Shown here: in pieces, positions 1-8,715 of the stretch
Layout of the letters: the number at the start of each line of letters is the position of its first letter
Position numbering within the stretch: position 1 is the stretch's first letter
Assembly (NCBI GenBank): GCA_964509775.1
Contig: CAZDYX010000001.1
Location: 10,597 to 61,833 of the forward strand
Source of the DNA: an uncultured Desulfobulbia bacterium
Lineage (GTDB): Bacteria; Desulfobacterota; Desulfobulbia; Desulfobulbales; CAZDYX01
Direction of reading: 5' to 3'
Length of the DNA: 51,237 nucleotides
Program-made: the position numbers and the translations under genes
The notes under the pieces: model-generated
What the model was told of the DNA's origin: nothing
Databases searched by the model: none
The model's input: the letters and a program-made list of their open reading frames with translations, nothing else

Positions 1-1770
1 AAAAAACCTAGAGAGTTATATGCCCGTACTCAAGCAACGGAATCACTTTTAGGAATTGAACCCTTTGTGGATAAGTTTCTTGATTCTGAAGAAAACCACA
101 AATACCTTGAAATGTTAGGGGTTGCCTTCACACCGTTAAGCCCTGAAAGCCTAATCGAAAGATTGCGAATTTTGAAAAACGCAACAGGTATCCCTAAAAG
201 GGAAATCGAAAATTGCTATCGTAGGCTAGATAGTTATATTCAAGAGGCATCAACTGAGGATCTTGAAATATTGAAGACTGCATTCGAAGTTGAAAAACTT
301 ATTCTTCATAATGCAGATGATTGGGTAAATTCCTCAGGGGTATTCCTTCATGCGAATGATGAAGATGCCCCCGGTGCACCATTGATTAGGGATTCTGTAA
401 AAGAACTAGCATTATGGGAAAGGTTAAGAATTCCAACCAGACCCGATTATGAATTCGTTATTAAATGGCTAGGAACGCTACCTAGCAACCAAAAATTAGA
501 TGAGTCAGACCTCAAACGAGTCTGCTCAATCTTGGCTAGGCATGGCTATAGGGTCATTGAAGAATGCAGGAGTGTACTTAACCTTATGGGAGAATGGGTA
601 CCTCTTGACAGCATTCAGTACTGGATTTCTAAATCCTTAGAGACTCCATTCAGCGATGATCTATACGCGGGTATAAGAAGAAAAACTGCGGACCTGCGTA
701 GTCTGCCAGAAGGATCTAAATTACCGTCCGGGCTTGAATCATGTCGATCGCTAATCGAAAAAATAGAAAACCGAATTCAACCTTCTATAGAAAGCATTGC
801 CGAAAAAGCAGTTGAGGTTTCTTGGATAACCACATGTGGGGGATTCCTTGAGAGGGTGATACTAAAAGACCTAGAAATGGTAAAAGAGGAGAATATCCTC
901 AACCTTGCGAAGAGGATGTCAAAGACACGAGTTGCTGAAGTGGATACGATTAAATCCACCCCCTACCTTAATGGAACTCCCGCTGGTTTGCAAAAGCAGA
1001 TGGAGGCTGTATGGATTAATGAAATCCTCTGTATAATAAGGATGAAGAATGCAAGAAAAGCAAAAGTTCTTCCGAGAGAACTTGGAAATACCTTCCAGAA
1101 TCAAGAAATAGTTGATGCAATTGTTTATTGCTGTGATAGAACAGAACAGACCATAAAGGACTACTTTGAGTCTAACTTCCAGTTAGATCCTGTGTCTGAT
1201 AACCAACCGGTGGAACGTCAGAAAGAACCAAAAAAAAACCAATCTGAAGATACTTCCTTTTGGAAAACACCAAATATAGAAGGAAATCCCATTGAATTAG
1301 CTACTGAACATGAAAATGAGGGTAACTCAACAAGTACAATAGAAAAGGAAGCTTCTGGTGTAGTTGAACATCATCCAGTTCATCCTGAACATAAAGCGGT
1401 TCCGCTCATCGAGCGATTTGCTAGAGCTCTTGGGTATATCAGGGAATCAGATCAAAAATATAAGCATCAAGACGGAAAATGCATTATTAAAAATTCTGAA
1501 TCTAGATTCCCATGGGAACTTGTAGATAAATCAGGAAATCACATAAAATCCTATTATCCTAAAGAGTGTTGCCTTCGTGCGGGATCTATCGAAATTCCGG
1601 CAGATGTATGGAATCTCCTTGAAGAAGACCCTATCCACTACTCCCTCATCCTAATAGAAGCAGATAGAACCCCATTCGAGTATACAGGAGAACTTCTCAT
1701 CAAGCTTAAGCAGAAAGGTGACATCACCCTATTCCCGGCTAGTTACAATATACTGGCTAATGATCGGTAA
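1..1770 (+). CDS. C-terminal ~590 aa of a large uncharacterised protein; the 5' end lies outside the window
   Basis: Frame 1 is open from nt 1, with no stop before the GTG at 67 used by the ORF track, so the gene is cut by the window edge. I recognised no catalytic motif. A charged low-complexity linker (..PVERQKEPKKNQSEDTS..ENEGNSTSTIEKE..) precedes a ~120-aa C-terminal module. Its layout only weakly recalls DUF3883/NOV-C-type ends of bacterial sacsin-like ATPases, which is speculative. The region is AT-rich compared with the methyltransferase downstream. Confidence 0.6.
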   Translation, partial: KKPRELYARTQATESLLGIEPFVDKFLDSEENHKYLEMLGVAFTPLSPESLIERLRILKNATGIPKREIENCYRRLDSYIQEASTEDLEILKTAFEVEKLILHNADDWVNSSGVFLHANDEDAPGAPLIRDSVKELALWERLRIPTRPDYEFVIKWLGTLPSNQKLDESDLKRVCSILARHGYRVIEECRSVLNLMGEWVPLDSIQYWISKSLETPFSDDLYAGIRRKTADLRSLPEGSKLPSGLESCRSLIEKIENRIQPSIESIAEKAVEVSWITTCGGFLERVILKDLEMVKEENILNLAKRMSKTRVAEVDTIKSTPYLNGTPAGLQKQMEAVWINEILCIIRMKNARKAKVLPRELGNTFQNQEIVDAIVYCCDRTEQTIKDYFESNFQLDPVSDNQPVERQKEPKKNQSEDTSFWKTPNIEGNPIELATEHENEGNSTSTIEKEASGVVEHHPVHPEHKAVPLIERFARALGYIRESDQKYKHQDGKCIIKNSESRFPWELVDKSGNHIKSYYPKECCLRAGSIEIPADVWNLLEEDPIHYSLILIEADRTPFEYTGELLIKLKQKGDITLFPASYNILANDR

Positions 1771-1785
1771 AATCGTTGGAGTTTT

Positions 1786-2595
1786 ATGAGTAATACGATT
1801 ACATCCGTAAACCCTTTTGAAGCAACGCTTCAATCTCTAGGACGTGCTTTCACAGTCCGAGATATCGCGACATATGACCTTATCACTTGTCGGGAAGATG
1901 ATTCCATCGATAAAGTATTAAAGATTCCTGACTATGAAGGGCTCGACTATATCCCTGTGAAGAATCAATTGGGAACGATTATCGGGATACTAGAGCGACC
2001 AAACATGGAATTAGCACCCACATCCGCTGGTTCGAAGATGCGACACTTAGACGACGAAATTCTAGCTTCAGCAGATACCTCATTGATACCCGCACTCGAA
2101 CGGCTTGTGAATACAGGATATCTACTTATATTGGACCAGTGCCGGGTTTCTGGAATAGTGACCAAGGCAGATATCCAGAAAATGCCTGTGGTTCTTCTAG
2201 CATTTACTTTTTTAGTACATATTGAATCTCTCATGGCGAATGCCATTACGTCGCGTTGTAAGAATGAACAGGAATGGATTGAGCTTCTTAGTAAAAAGAA
2301 TCAGCATCAACTAAAGCTTAACTATGATAGACAAGTTGGGTTAGGGTTTGATCTGCCGCGCATTGTTTTAACCGGATTCCTACAAAAAATGATACTCTTA
2401 ATCAAGTTATATAAATTGCCAATAGAGGATTCCATTGAATTGGATGAATTGAAGGAGTTGCGGAATCAAGTGGCTCATTCTCGATTTACCATACAGAACG
2501 ATGAAGATGTTCGACTGTTAGTAAAAAGAATAAACCTATCAAAGAAGTGGATCGATTTTATACCTGTTATGATTAATAAAGGATTAAGCTCATGA
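1786..2595 (+). CDS. CBS-pair domain protein with a C-terminal Swt1-like HEPN domain (R-x4-H motif)
   Basis: The N-terminal half has a CBS-like pattern ([37 protein letters not shown] and [18 protein letters not shown]). The C-terminus carries [12 protein letters not shown] (RNQVAH at nt 2461-2478), the HEPN Rx4-6H signature in the same context as the HEPN of the DUF499 protein. A GGAG-like RBS lies upstream, and the start is 15 nt after the preceding stop. Confidence 0.65.
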   Translation: MSNTITSVNPFEATLQSLGRAFTVRDIATYDLITCREDDSIDKVLKIPDYEGLDYIPVKNQLGTIIGILERPNMELAPTSAGSKMRHLDDEILASADTSLIPALERLVNTGYLLILDQCRVSGIVTKADIQKMPVVLLAFTFLVHIESLMANAITSRCKNEQEWIELLSKKNQHQLKLNYDRQVGLGFDLPRIVLTGFLQKMILLIKLYKLPIEDSIELDELKELRNQVAHSRFTIQNDEDVRLLVKRINLSKKWIDFIPVMINKGLSS

Positions 2596-2822
2596 GTACT
2601 CCTAAAAAACTAATCGAAGTAGCCCTTCCTCTGGAAGCCATCAATAGTGCCAGCGCCAGCAAAAAATCAACCCACCGCAGTCATCCGAGCATTCTCTCTC
2701 TCATTGACAAAGCGGCTACTGGCGGCAGCACAGGCGGTAATCTTCGTGCAGATGGTTGACGATCCCTACTCATATCTCTGCCTTTTCCCGAGCAAGAATC
2801 CCAAGGGGAAGGAGCCGGTTTG
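2592..2822 (+). pseudogene. Frameshifted, truncated N-terminal remnant (~first 85 codons) of a second DUF1156 methyltransferase gene
   Basis: It translates as [33 protein letters not shown], then after a +1 shift ..[38 protein letters not shown]. This is collinear with the intact methyltransferase N-terminus [75 protein letters not shown]. Its ATG overlaps the CBS-HEPN stop (ATGA). Confidence 0.75.
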
Positions 2823-3785
2823 ATGAGTACTACTCATGTGTTATTCCCCAATCCCTCCAAGTTCATCAGCGCATTATGTGATCCTGGCAATCTTTTCATC
2901 CTTGGCGCTGGAGCCTCTTCAGAGTTTATGCCACCTGGCAACGCATTCTTACGGAATATTGGAACCCTCTGGATAAAGGGTGAAGGGTTCTCCCCCAGGT
3001 CCAGCATTTCAAAGATATCCAAGCGTCTTCTACAGAGCAGATGCTTCCAGGATGGACTGGATGCAGCACTTATCGGACTCATCCCGGACCGGGGAGCTGA
3101 GTGGATAGTGTCCTACTTGCTATCACCCTCTACGAAAGTCAAACCGTACTTAAGCTATGAAGTGTTTAAGAGAATAGCACGGCCTTTTACTATAGCTAAC
3201 TACAATCATGATGCGCTTGCTAGGCTTTCTCTTGGAGGTTTATCGGAGACCAGGATTCTGGAACCTCACGGTTCAACCTATCCCGGGCTTAAGGAACTTT
3301 TCGATGAAGTGGAAATACAGGAGTATGCCGATATGGATATTCCTGCACCCAATGCTGATAACTTCATCATGCTTAAGCCAGAACCGTCAATATTTGCACA
3401 CTCTCCATTCTTCAATCTACTCGATCGAACCAGAAGCCGAGTTCAGAATGTGATTTTTATCGGATACTCATTCAGCCTTCAGCAAGATGGTATAAGAGAT
3501 GACGCGGTTTCGTATGACTACTTCACCGACTACCTCCAAGGCAAGAGAACTTTTGTGGTTATGCCGGAGCCGCACAAACTGGTTGAAGAGTTGTCTGGAG
3601 AATTGCATACTCGAGACGTTTATGGTATTCCTCTCCGCTGGGATCTCTTTTCACAGGCAGTGTTCTCCAGCGAAGTGGTCTTTAGCCCTGTCACTCGTGC
3701 TACCTGTCTCGCTTCGATACCCAAACTAATATCGATCTACCAAGAGTTGCTAGAAACAGCCCAAAGCAGAGAAGGAATCAAATGA
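2823..3785 (+). CDS. Stand-alone SIR2-like (SIR2_2 / ThsA-DSR type) domain protein, ~320 aa
   Basis: LFILGAGAS (nt ~2914-2928) matches the glycine-rich NAD-binding start of SIR2_2 domains. ANYNHD (3198-3212) matches the TxNYD motif carrying the catalytic Asn. EPHGS (3261-3275) matches the catalytic His motif, and VIFIGYSFS matches the conserved GYS strand. The stop overlaps the methyltransferase start (ATGA at 3782-3785). The ORF track starts at TTG 2820; I prefer ATG 2823. Confidence 0.7.
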   Translation: MSTTHVLFPNPSKFISALCDPGNLFILGAGASSEFMPPGNAFLRNIGTLWIKGEGFSPRSSISKISKRLLQSRCFQDGLDAALIGLIPDRGAEWIVSYLLSPSTKVKPYLSYEVFKRIARPFTIANYNHDALARLSLGGLSETRILEPHGSTYPGLKELFDEVEIQEYADMDIPAPNADNFIMLKPEPSIFAHSPFFNLLDRTRSRVQNVIFIGYSFSLQQDGIRDDAVSYDYFTDYLQGKRTFVVMPEPHKLVEELSGELHTRDVYGIPLRWDLFSQAVFSSEVVFSPVTRATCLASIPKLISIYQELLETAQSREGIK

Positions 3786-6694
3786 GTACTCAAAATACAT
3801 ACCCTAAGAAACTAATCGAAGTAGCCCTCCCCCTGGAAGCAATAAATATTGCCAGCGCCCGCGAGAAGTCTATCCGTCATGGTCACCCTAGTACCTTCCA
3901 TCTCTGGTGGGCTAGGCGACCTCTTGCGGCGGCCCGGGCAGTCATTTTCTCGCAAATGGTGGACGATCCTTCCTCGCATCCTGATCTGTTCCCCACTGAG
4001 AAGGCCCAAGAGAAGGAGCGCCAGCGTCTTTTCCGCATCATTGAGGACCTGGTGCTCTGGGAGAATACGACTAATGAAGAAGTCCTCCAGCGGGCACGGG
4101 ATGCGATCTGGGGAACCTGGCGCCGCACCTGCGCAGCGAATGCCGACCATCCGCGCGCCAAGGAATTATTCGACCGCAACAAGCTCCCGGCGTTCCACGA
4201 TCCCTTCGCAGGCGGTGGTGCCCTACCGCTTGAAGCCCAGCGTCTGGGCTTGGAGAGCTATGCAAGCGACCTGAACCCTGTGGCGGTCCTCATCAACAAG
4301 GCGATGATTGAGGTTCCTCCTAAGTTCGCCGGGAAGCCTCCAGTGAACCCTGAGACAAGGAAAAAGAAAGACTTGATCGAACGGGAGTGGAAGGGAGCAC
4401 AGGGCCTCGCCGAAGACGTCCGCTACTACGGCAAGTGGATGCGAAACGAAGCAGAAAAGCATATTGGCCATCTCTACCCCAAAATCGAGGTGACGGCGGA
4501 TATGGCCAAGAACCGGCCCGATCTCAGACCCTATGTCGGCAAGAAGCTCACTGTTATCGCATGGCTTTGGGCACGGACGGTAAAGAGCCCAAACCCTGCA
4601 TTCAGCACTGTCGATGTGCCCTTGGCTTCGACTTTCATGCTCTCGACAAAAGCGGGGAAGGAAGCGTATGTCGAGCCGGTGATCGAGGACACAGGCTATC
4701 GCTTCACTGTTAAGGTGGGGAAGCCAAAAGATGCCGAAGCAGCGAAGAGCGGGACTAAGTTATCACGCGGTGCGAATTTCCAATGCCTGATGTCCGGAAT
4801 CCCAATTCCGAGTGACCATATCTACAACGAGGCAAACGCCGGTAATATGGGTGCTCGGCTCATGGCGATTGTTGCAGAGGGCGATCGAGGTCGAGTTTAT
4901 CTCGCACCGACGGCGGAACATGAAGTTATCGCGTCGAAGGCAATGCCCGAGTGGAAACCTGAGGTAATGATGCCCGAGAATCCGCGCTGGTTCTCGCCAC
5001 CCCTCTATGGCCTCAAGACCTACGGTGACCTCTTCACTCCCCGCCAACTCGTGGCGCTGACAACCTTCTCAGACTTGGTGGGCGAAGCTCTTGAGCAGGT
5101 GAAACATGATGCCATCTCTGCCGGCTTGCCTGATGATGGTAAACCTCTGCGGGATGGAGGGACTGGGGCATCGGCCTATGCAGAAGCGGTGGGGGTGTAT
5201 CTAGCGTTTGCATTAAGCAAGCAAGCGGACCTTGGGAATAGCTTGTGTCGATGGGAGCCAATCGCGCAGTGCCCGCGTCAGCTTTTTGGTCGCCAAGCTA
5301 TACCGATGATATGGGACTTTGCTGAAGGCAATCCGCTTGGAGAGAGTTCAGGTGCATGGATTGTCTTTATTGATGGAATTGTAAAGGCTTTTTCAAAAAC
5401 GTTTGAGTTTATTTCATCATCGGCATATGGTTACTCACAACAAGCAGATGCTGGCCGACAAGAAATATCTAAAGGCAAAGTTGTATCAACTGACCCTCCG
5501 TATTACGATAACATTGGCTATGCAGACCTTTCGGATTTCTTCTACGTTTGGTTACGGCATACTCTAAAGCTAGTTTTTCCGGATCTCTTCACGACACTTG
5601 CGGTTCCAAAGGCTGAAGAATTGGTTGCCACGCCTTATCGACATGGAAGCAAAGAGAAGGCAGAAACCTTTTTTCTTGATGGAATGACACAGGCCATGCA
5701 TCGCCTTGCCGAGCAGGCGCACCCTGCGTTCCCAGTCACTATTTATTATGCCTTCAAGCAGTCTGAAAGCGATAGCCAAGATGGTACTTCGAGTACCGGC
5801 TGGGAGACTTTTCTTGACGCTGTTATTCGCGCTGGTTTCTCTATGACTGGCACTTGGCCGATTCGTACAGAAAATGACAGTCGTATGATTGGTCAAGGTA
5901 CCAATGCACTCGCCTCCAGTATCGTACTTGTCTCTCGTCAGCGTCCAACTGATGCACCTACCATCACACGCCGCGACTTCCTTTCTGCTCTCAAGACCGA
6001 ACTCCCTCCCGCCCTCGTAAAACTCCAGAAGGGTAATATCGCCCCAGTTGACCTCGCCCAATCTGCCATCGGTCCCGGCATGGCCGTCTTCACCCGCTAC
6101 GCTAAGGTCATCGACGCTTCAGGGAAGGCCCTTTCGGTCCGCGAAGCCCTTGCCCTCATAAACCAGACCCTCGACGAGGCCCTCTCCCAGCAGGAAGGCG
6201 ACTTCGACGCCGACAGCCGCTGGGCTCTCGCCTGGTTCGACCAGTTTGGCTTTGCCGAGGGAGAGTACGGCGTAGCTGAAACTCTCTCCAAGGCCAAGGA
6301 CACCTCGGTATACGGCATGGTGGAAGCGGGCATTCTCGTTTCGGGAAAGGGCAAGGTTCGGTTATTGAAGCCGGTGGAACTCGCCTCCAACTGGGATCCC
6401 ACAACCGATGCCCGCCTCACCAACTGGGAGACGGTTCACCAGCTCATCCGAGTACTGGAGGTTGGGGGCGAAGGTGATGCAGCCGAACTTGCGCGAAAGC
6501 TTGGCAGCAAGGCCGAGGCTGCACGGGAACTTTGCTATCGACTCTATACCCTCTGCGAACGAAAGAAGCGGGCACAGGAAGCCCTCTCCTATAACGGTCT
6601 TGTGCAGAGTTGGCCGGAGATCATGAGGCTGGCGACGGAGGGTGGGAAACTAAAAGCGAAGAGCGGAGAGTTGTTCGAGGATGCCGAGGAGTAA
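3782..6694 (+). CDS. DUF1156-family DNA methyltransferase (N6-adenine/N4-cytosine type), 970 aa
   Basis: The N-terminus [41 protein letters not shown] is characteristic of DUF1156. The SAM-binding motif I is [14 protein letters not shown] (nt 4199-4219). Catalytic motif IV is [23 protein letters not shown] (DPPY at nt 5492-5503). Confidence 0.9.
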   Translation: MSTQNTYPKKLIEVALPLEAINIASAREKSIRHGHPSTFHLWWARRPLAAARAVIFSQMVDDPSSHPDLFPTEKAQEKERQRLFRIIEDLVLWENTTNEEVLQRARDAIWGTWRRTCAANADHPRAKELFDRNKLPAFHDPFAGGGALPLEAQRLGLESYASDLNPVAVLINKAMIEVPPKFAGKPPVNPETRKKKDLIEREWKGAQGLAEDVRYYGKWMRNEAEKHIGHLYPKIEVTADMAKNRPDLRPYVGKKLTVIAWLWARTVKSPNPAFSTVDVPLASTFMLSTKAGKEAYVEPVIEDTGYRFTVKVGKPKDAEAAKSGTKLSRGANFQCLMSGIPIPSDHIYNEANAGNMGARLMAIVAEGDRGRVYLAPTAEHEVIASKAMPEWKPEVMMPENPRWFSPPLYGLKTYGDLFTPRQLVALTTFSDLVGEALEQVKHDAISAGLPDDGKPLRDGGTGASAYAEAVGVYLAFALSKQADLGNSLCRWEPIAQCPRQLFGRQAIPMIWDFAEGNPLGESSGAWIVFIDGIVKAFSKTFEFISSSAYGYSQQADAGRQEISKGKVVSTDPPYYDNIGYADLSDFFYVWLRHTLKLVFPDLFTTLAVPKAEELVATPYRHGSKEKAETFFLDGMTQAMHRLAEQAHPAFPVTIYYAFKQSESDSQDGTSSTGWETFLDAVIRAGFSMTGTWPIRTENDSRMIGQGTNALASSIVLVSRQRPTDAPTITRRDFLSALKTELPPALVKLQKGNIAPVDLAQSAIGPGMAVFTRYAKVIDASGKALSVREALALINQTLDEALSQQEGDFDADSRWALAWFDQFGFAEGEYGVAETLSKAKDTSVYGMVEAGILVSGKGKVRLLKPVELASNWDPTTDARLTNWETVHQLIRVLEVGGEGDAAELARKLGSKAEAARELCYRLYTLCERKKRAQEALSYNGLVQSWPEIMRLATEGGKLKAKSGELFEDAEE

Positions 6695-6697
6695 GCT

Positions 6698-6820
6698 ATG
6701 CCAGAAGACAAGCGGTTTATATGCCTGGCAAATTCCAGGAAACGCAAGGGATTCTGCATTATAGGTATCGTTTTATTGGATGGCGCACCTGATGGATGGA
6801 TCCGACCAGTAAGCTCATGA
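6698..6820 (+). pseudogene. 40-codon N-terminal fragment of a dual-OB-domain-type protein
   Basis: MPEDKRFICLANSRKRKGFCIIGIVLLDGAPDGWIRPVSS* matches my recollection of the conserved start (..CLANSRK..G.C.AG......WIRPVS) of much longer proteins. Here it stops after 40 codons. Confidence 0.4.
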
Positions 6821-6975
6821 AACAACGGCAGATCGAGACATTTGTTGACTCTGAGATCATCCGCGACGGTTGCCTACTATGCAGCGAGGATGCTCCAACG
6901 CATTGCCATCGGAGACTCGTTGCCGAGTATCTCCAGGATGCGTGGAAGGACATCGATATTATTCACCTGAAGTGA
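6817..6975 (+). pseudogene. C-terminal fragment of a DUF488-family protein
   Basis: ..DGCLLCSEDAPTHCHRRLVAEYLQDAWKDIDIIHLK* matches the conserved DUF488 C-terminus (LLCxExxpxxCHRxlvaeyL...v.HL). The N-terminal two thirds of the family are absent. Confidence 0.55.
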
Positions 6976-6985
6976 GGCTAGCCCC

Positions 6986-7684
6986 ATGTCGAAACCTGGT
7001 ATAGAAGCACTGGACATGATAGGAAAAAGTGCTATTATTCCTATCATGGTAAAGAAAGAGGAATATCGACAAATCATTTCAAATAAAGTTATTAAGAGAG
7101 TGCATCATCTTGGTCGTGGTTCCGTATTTTCGGCAAGTAAATTCGCCGATATCGGCCCAGGGGCTGCGATCGACCTGATCCTTTCACGTCAAGCAAAGCG
7201 TGGTACGATCCGTCGCATTGCCCGGGGACTCTACGACTACCCTGTCAAGGATCCGGAGTTGGGACTGCTGAGCCCTTCTGTCGAGGCTATCGCGAAGGCA
7301 CTGTCTGAAGCCGGACGCCTGAAGCTTCAGCCATCGGGAGCGTATGCAGCCAATCTTCTTGGATTATCCGAGCAAGTGCCGATGAAAATCGTCTTTCTTA
7401 CCGACGGGGCTTCGAGAAAGGTCAAGGTTGGGAACCGCGAGATCATCCTCAAGCGAACCACCCCACGCAACATGGCCGCAGCGGGTCGCCTGGGCGGCCT
7501 TGTAATACAAGCCCTGCGATACCTTGGGCAAGATTCCGTCGATGCCGAAGTTGTCGCCAGGTTGAAACGAGCCGTTCCTCCTGAAAAACGTGCGGAGGTG
7601 GTCAAAGACTCCCTTTCGGCTCCAGTCTGGATTAGGACCCTCCTTTCCCAGGTTTTTGCGGAAAAAGGTGGGTCACATGGATGA
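6986..7684 (+). CDS. abiEi: AbiEi-family (DUF6088-like) type IV antitoxin / transcriptional regulator
   Basis: ..VFSASKFADIG..AIDLILSRQAKRGTIRRIARGLYDYP..LSPSVEAIAKAL..LQPSGAYAANLLGLSEQVPMKIVFLTDG is the typical AbiEi pattern. The gene is paired with an AbiEii gene through an 8-nt overlap. The start is uncertain (ATG 6986 with a GAGG RBS, or ATG 7046). Confidence 0.8.
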   Translation: MSKPGIEALDMIGKSAIIPIMVKKEEYRQIISNKVIKRVHHLGRGSVFSASKFADIGPGAAIDLILSRQAKRGTIRRIARGLYDYPVKDPELGLLSPSVEAIAKALSEAGRLKLQPSGAYAANLLGLSEQVPMKIVFLTDGASRKVKVGNREIILKRTTPRNMAAAGRLGGLVIQALRYLGQDSVDAEVVARLKRAVPPEKRAEVVKDSLSAPVWIRTLLSQVFAEKGGSHG

Positions 7685-8699
7685 ATTCCATGCGTTGCCT
7701 GAAGCGAGGCGTCAGATCATTTTTCAGGAAGCCGGAACTCGCCTCGGGTTGCCTGCCATTAGCATCGAGAAGGATTGGTGGGTAACCCGAGTCCTCGAAT
7801 CCCTCTTTTCGTCACAGGAAATAGCACCTCTTGTTACATTCAAGGGAGGCACTTCGCTTTCGAAGGCGTTCAACCTTATCAGAAGATTTTCTGAGGATAT
7901 TGATCTGGTGATAGATCGCAAAAGCCTGGCCATACCAGAAGATCAGGATCCTGAATCCGCACCATCTGGACGGAAGAGAAAACTCGGAGTGAAGCAGGTC
8001 AAGCATTCATGCGCGGCATGCATCAAGGACAGGATTCTGCCAACGCTGCGGGCGGATTTTGATCTGCATGGATTGTCTGATGCGACACAGATTGAAGTAG
8101 ACCCCCTTGATCCGGAACAGCACACGGTTCTGGTGCAGTATAAGAGTTTGTTCACATCAGGAGCAGGTAGATACACACGCCCAGCGGTAAAGGTGGAGTT
8201 GGAAGCCCGATCGGAAGATGAGCCTTCTCTGCAACGTGAGATCCAATCAATCGCAGCACAGGAATTTTCCGATGCCTCCTGGGCGCATGCAGTTTCCGTG
8301 AGAACCCTAGATCCAGCAAGAACTTTCATCGAAAAGGCGTGCCTGTTGCACGAAGAAAACATGCGACCACCTGATAAAAATATAAAGGTTGCTATGTCCC
8401 GGCATATTTACGATTTGCACTTGATGATGGATTCAGACTTTGGGAAACGTGCCTGTGTAGACCGGCCCTTGCTCGACAGGGTTTTAAAGAACCGACGGAT
8501 CTACTTCGAATATACATGGCTTGATTATGAAAAATTTGGCCCTGGTTACTTCAAGTTTGTACCTCCAGCAGATCGGATAGGTTTCTGGCGCGATGATTAT
8601 AGAAGCTTGTGTGAAAACATGGTTTTCGGCGAAGCTCCGGAATTTTCTGATTTGATGGATTCGCTTGCTGCGCTGGAAATTAAATTGAATAATAAATAG
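7677..8699 (+). CDS. abiEii: AbiEii/AbiGii-family nucleotidyltransferase toxin (DUF1814)
   Basis: IEKDWWVTRVLESLF...FKGGTSLSKAFNLIRRFSEDIDLVI is the hallmark N-terminal nucleotidyltransferase motif. I place the start at ATG 7677 (MDEFHALPE..), overlapping the abiEi stop, rather than the track start at 7590. Confidence 0.85.
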   Translation: MDEFHALPEARRQIIFQEAGTRLGLPAISIEKDWWVTRVLESLFSSQEIAPLVTFKGGTSLSKAFNLIRRFSEDIDLVIDRKSLAIPEDQDPESAPSGRKRKLGVKQVKHSCAACIKDRILPTLRADFDLHGLSDATQIEVDPLDPEQHTVLVQYKSLFTSGAGRYTRPAVKVELEARSEDEPSLQREIQSIAAQEFSDASWAHAVSVRTLDPARTFIEKACLLHEENMRPPDKNIKVAMSRHIYDLHLMMDSDFGKRACVDRPLLDRVLKNRRIYFEYTWLDYEKFGPGYFKFVPPADRIGFWRDDYRSLCENMVFGEAPEFSDLMDSLAALEIKLNNK

Positions 8700-8715
8700 G
8701 AAAACGAGGAAAAAA

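Noticed and set aside
3812-6825. Shadow ORFs within and antisense to the DUF1156 methyltransferase gene, for example 3849-4274(+), 5570-6061(-) and 6097-6423(-).
   Set aside because: These are GC-rich shadow frames with R/P/A-rich nonsense products. The methyltransferase frame is continuous with all expected motifs.
7590-7676. The ORF-track start of the AbiEii gene at 7590 (MRRWSKTPFRLQ..).
   Set aside because: It would overlap abiEi by 95 nt. The family-typical N-terminus begins at MDEFHALPE (ATG 7677), which gives the usual short abiEi/abiEii overlap.
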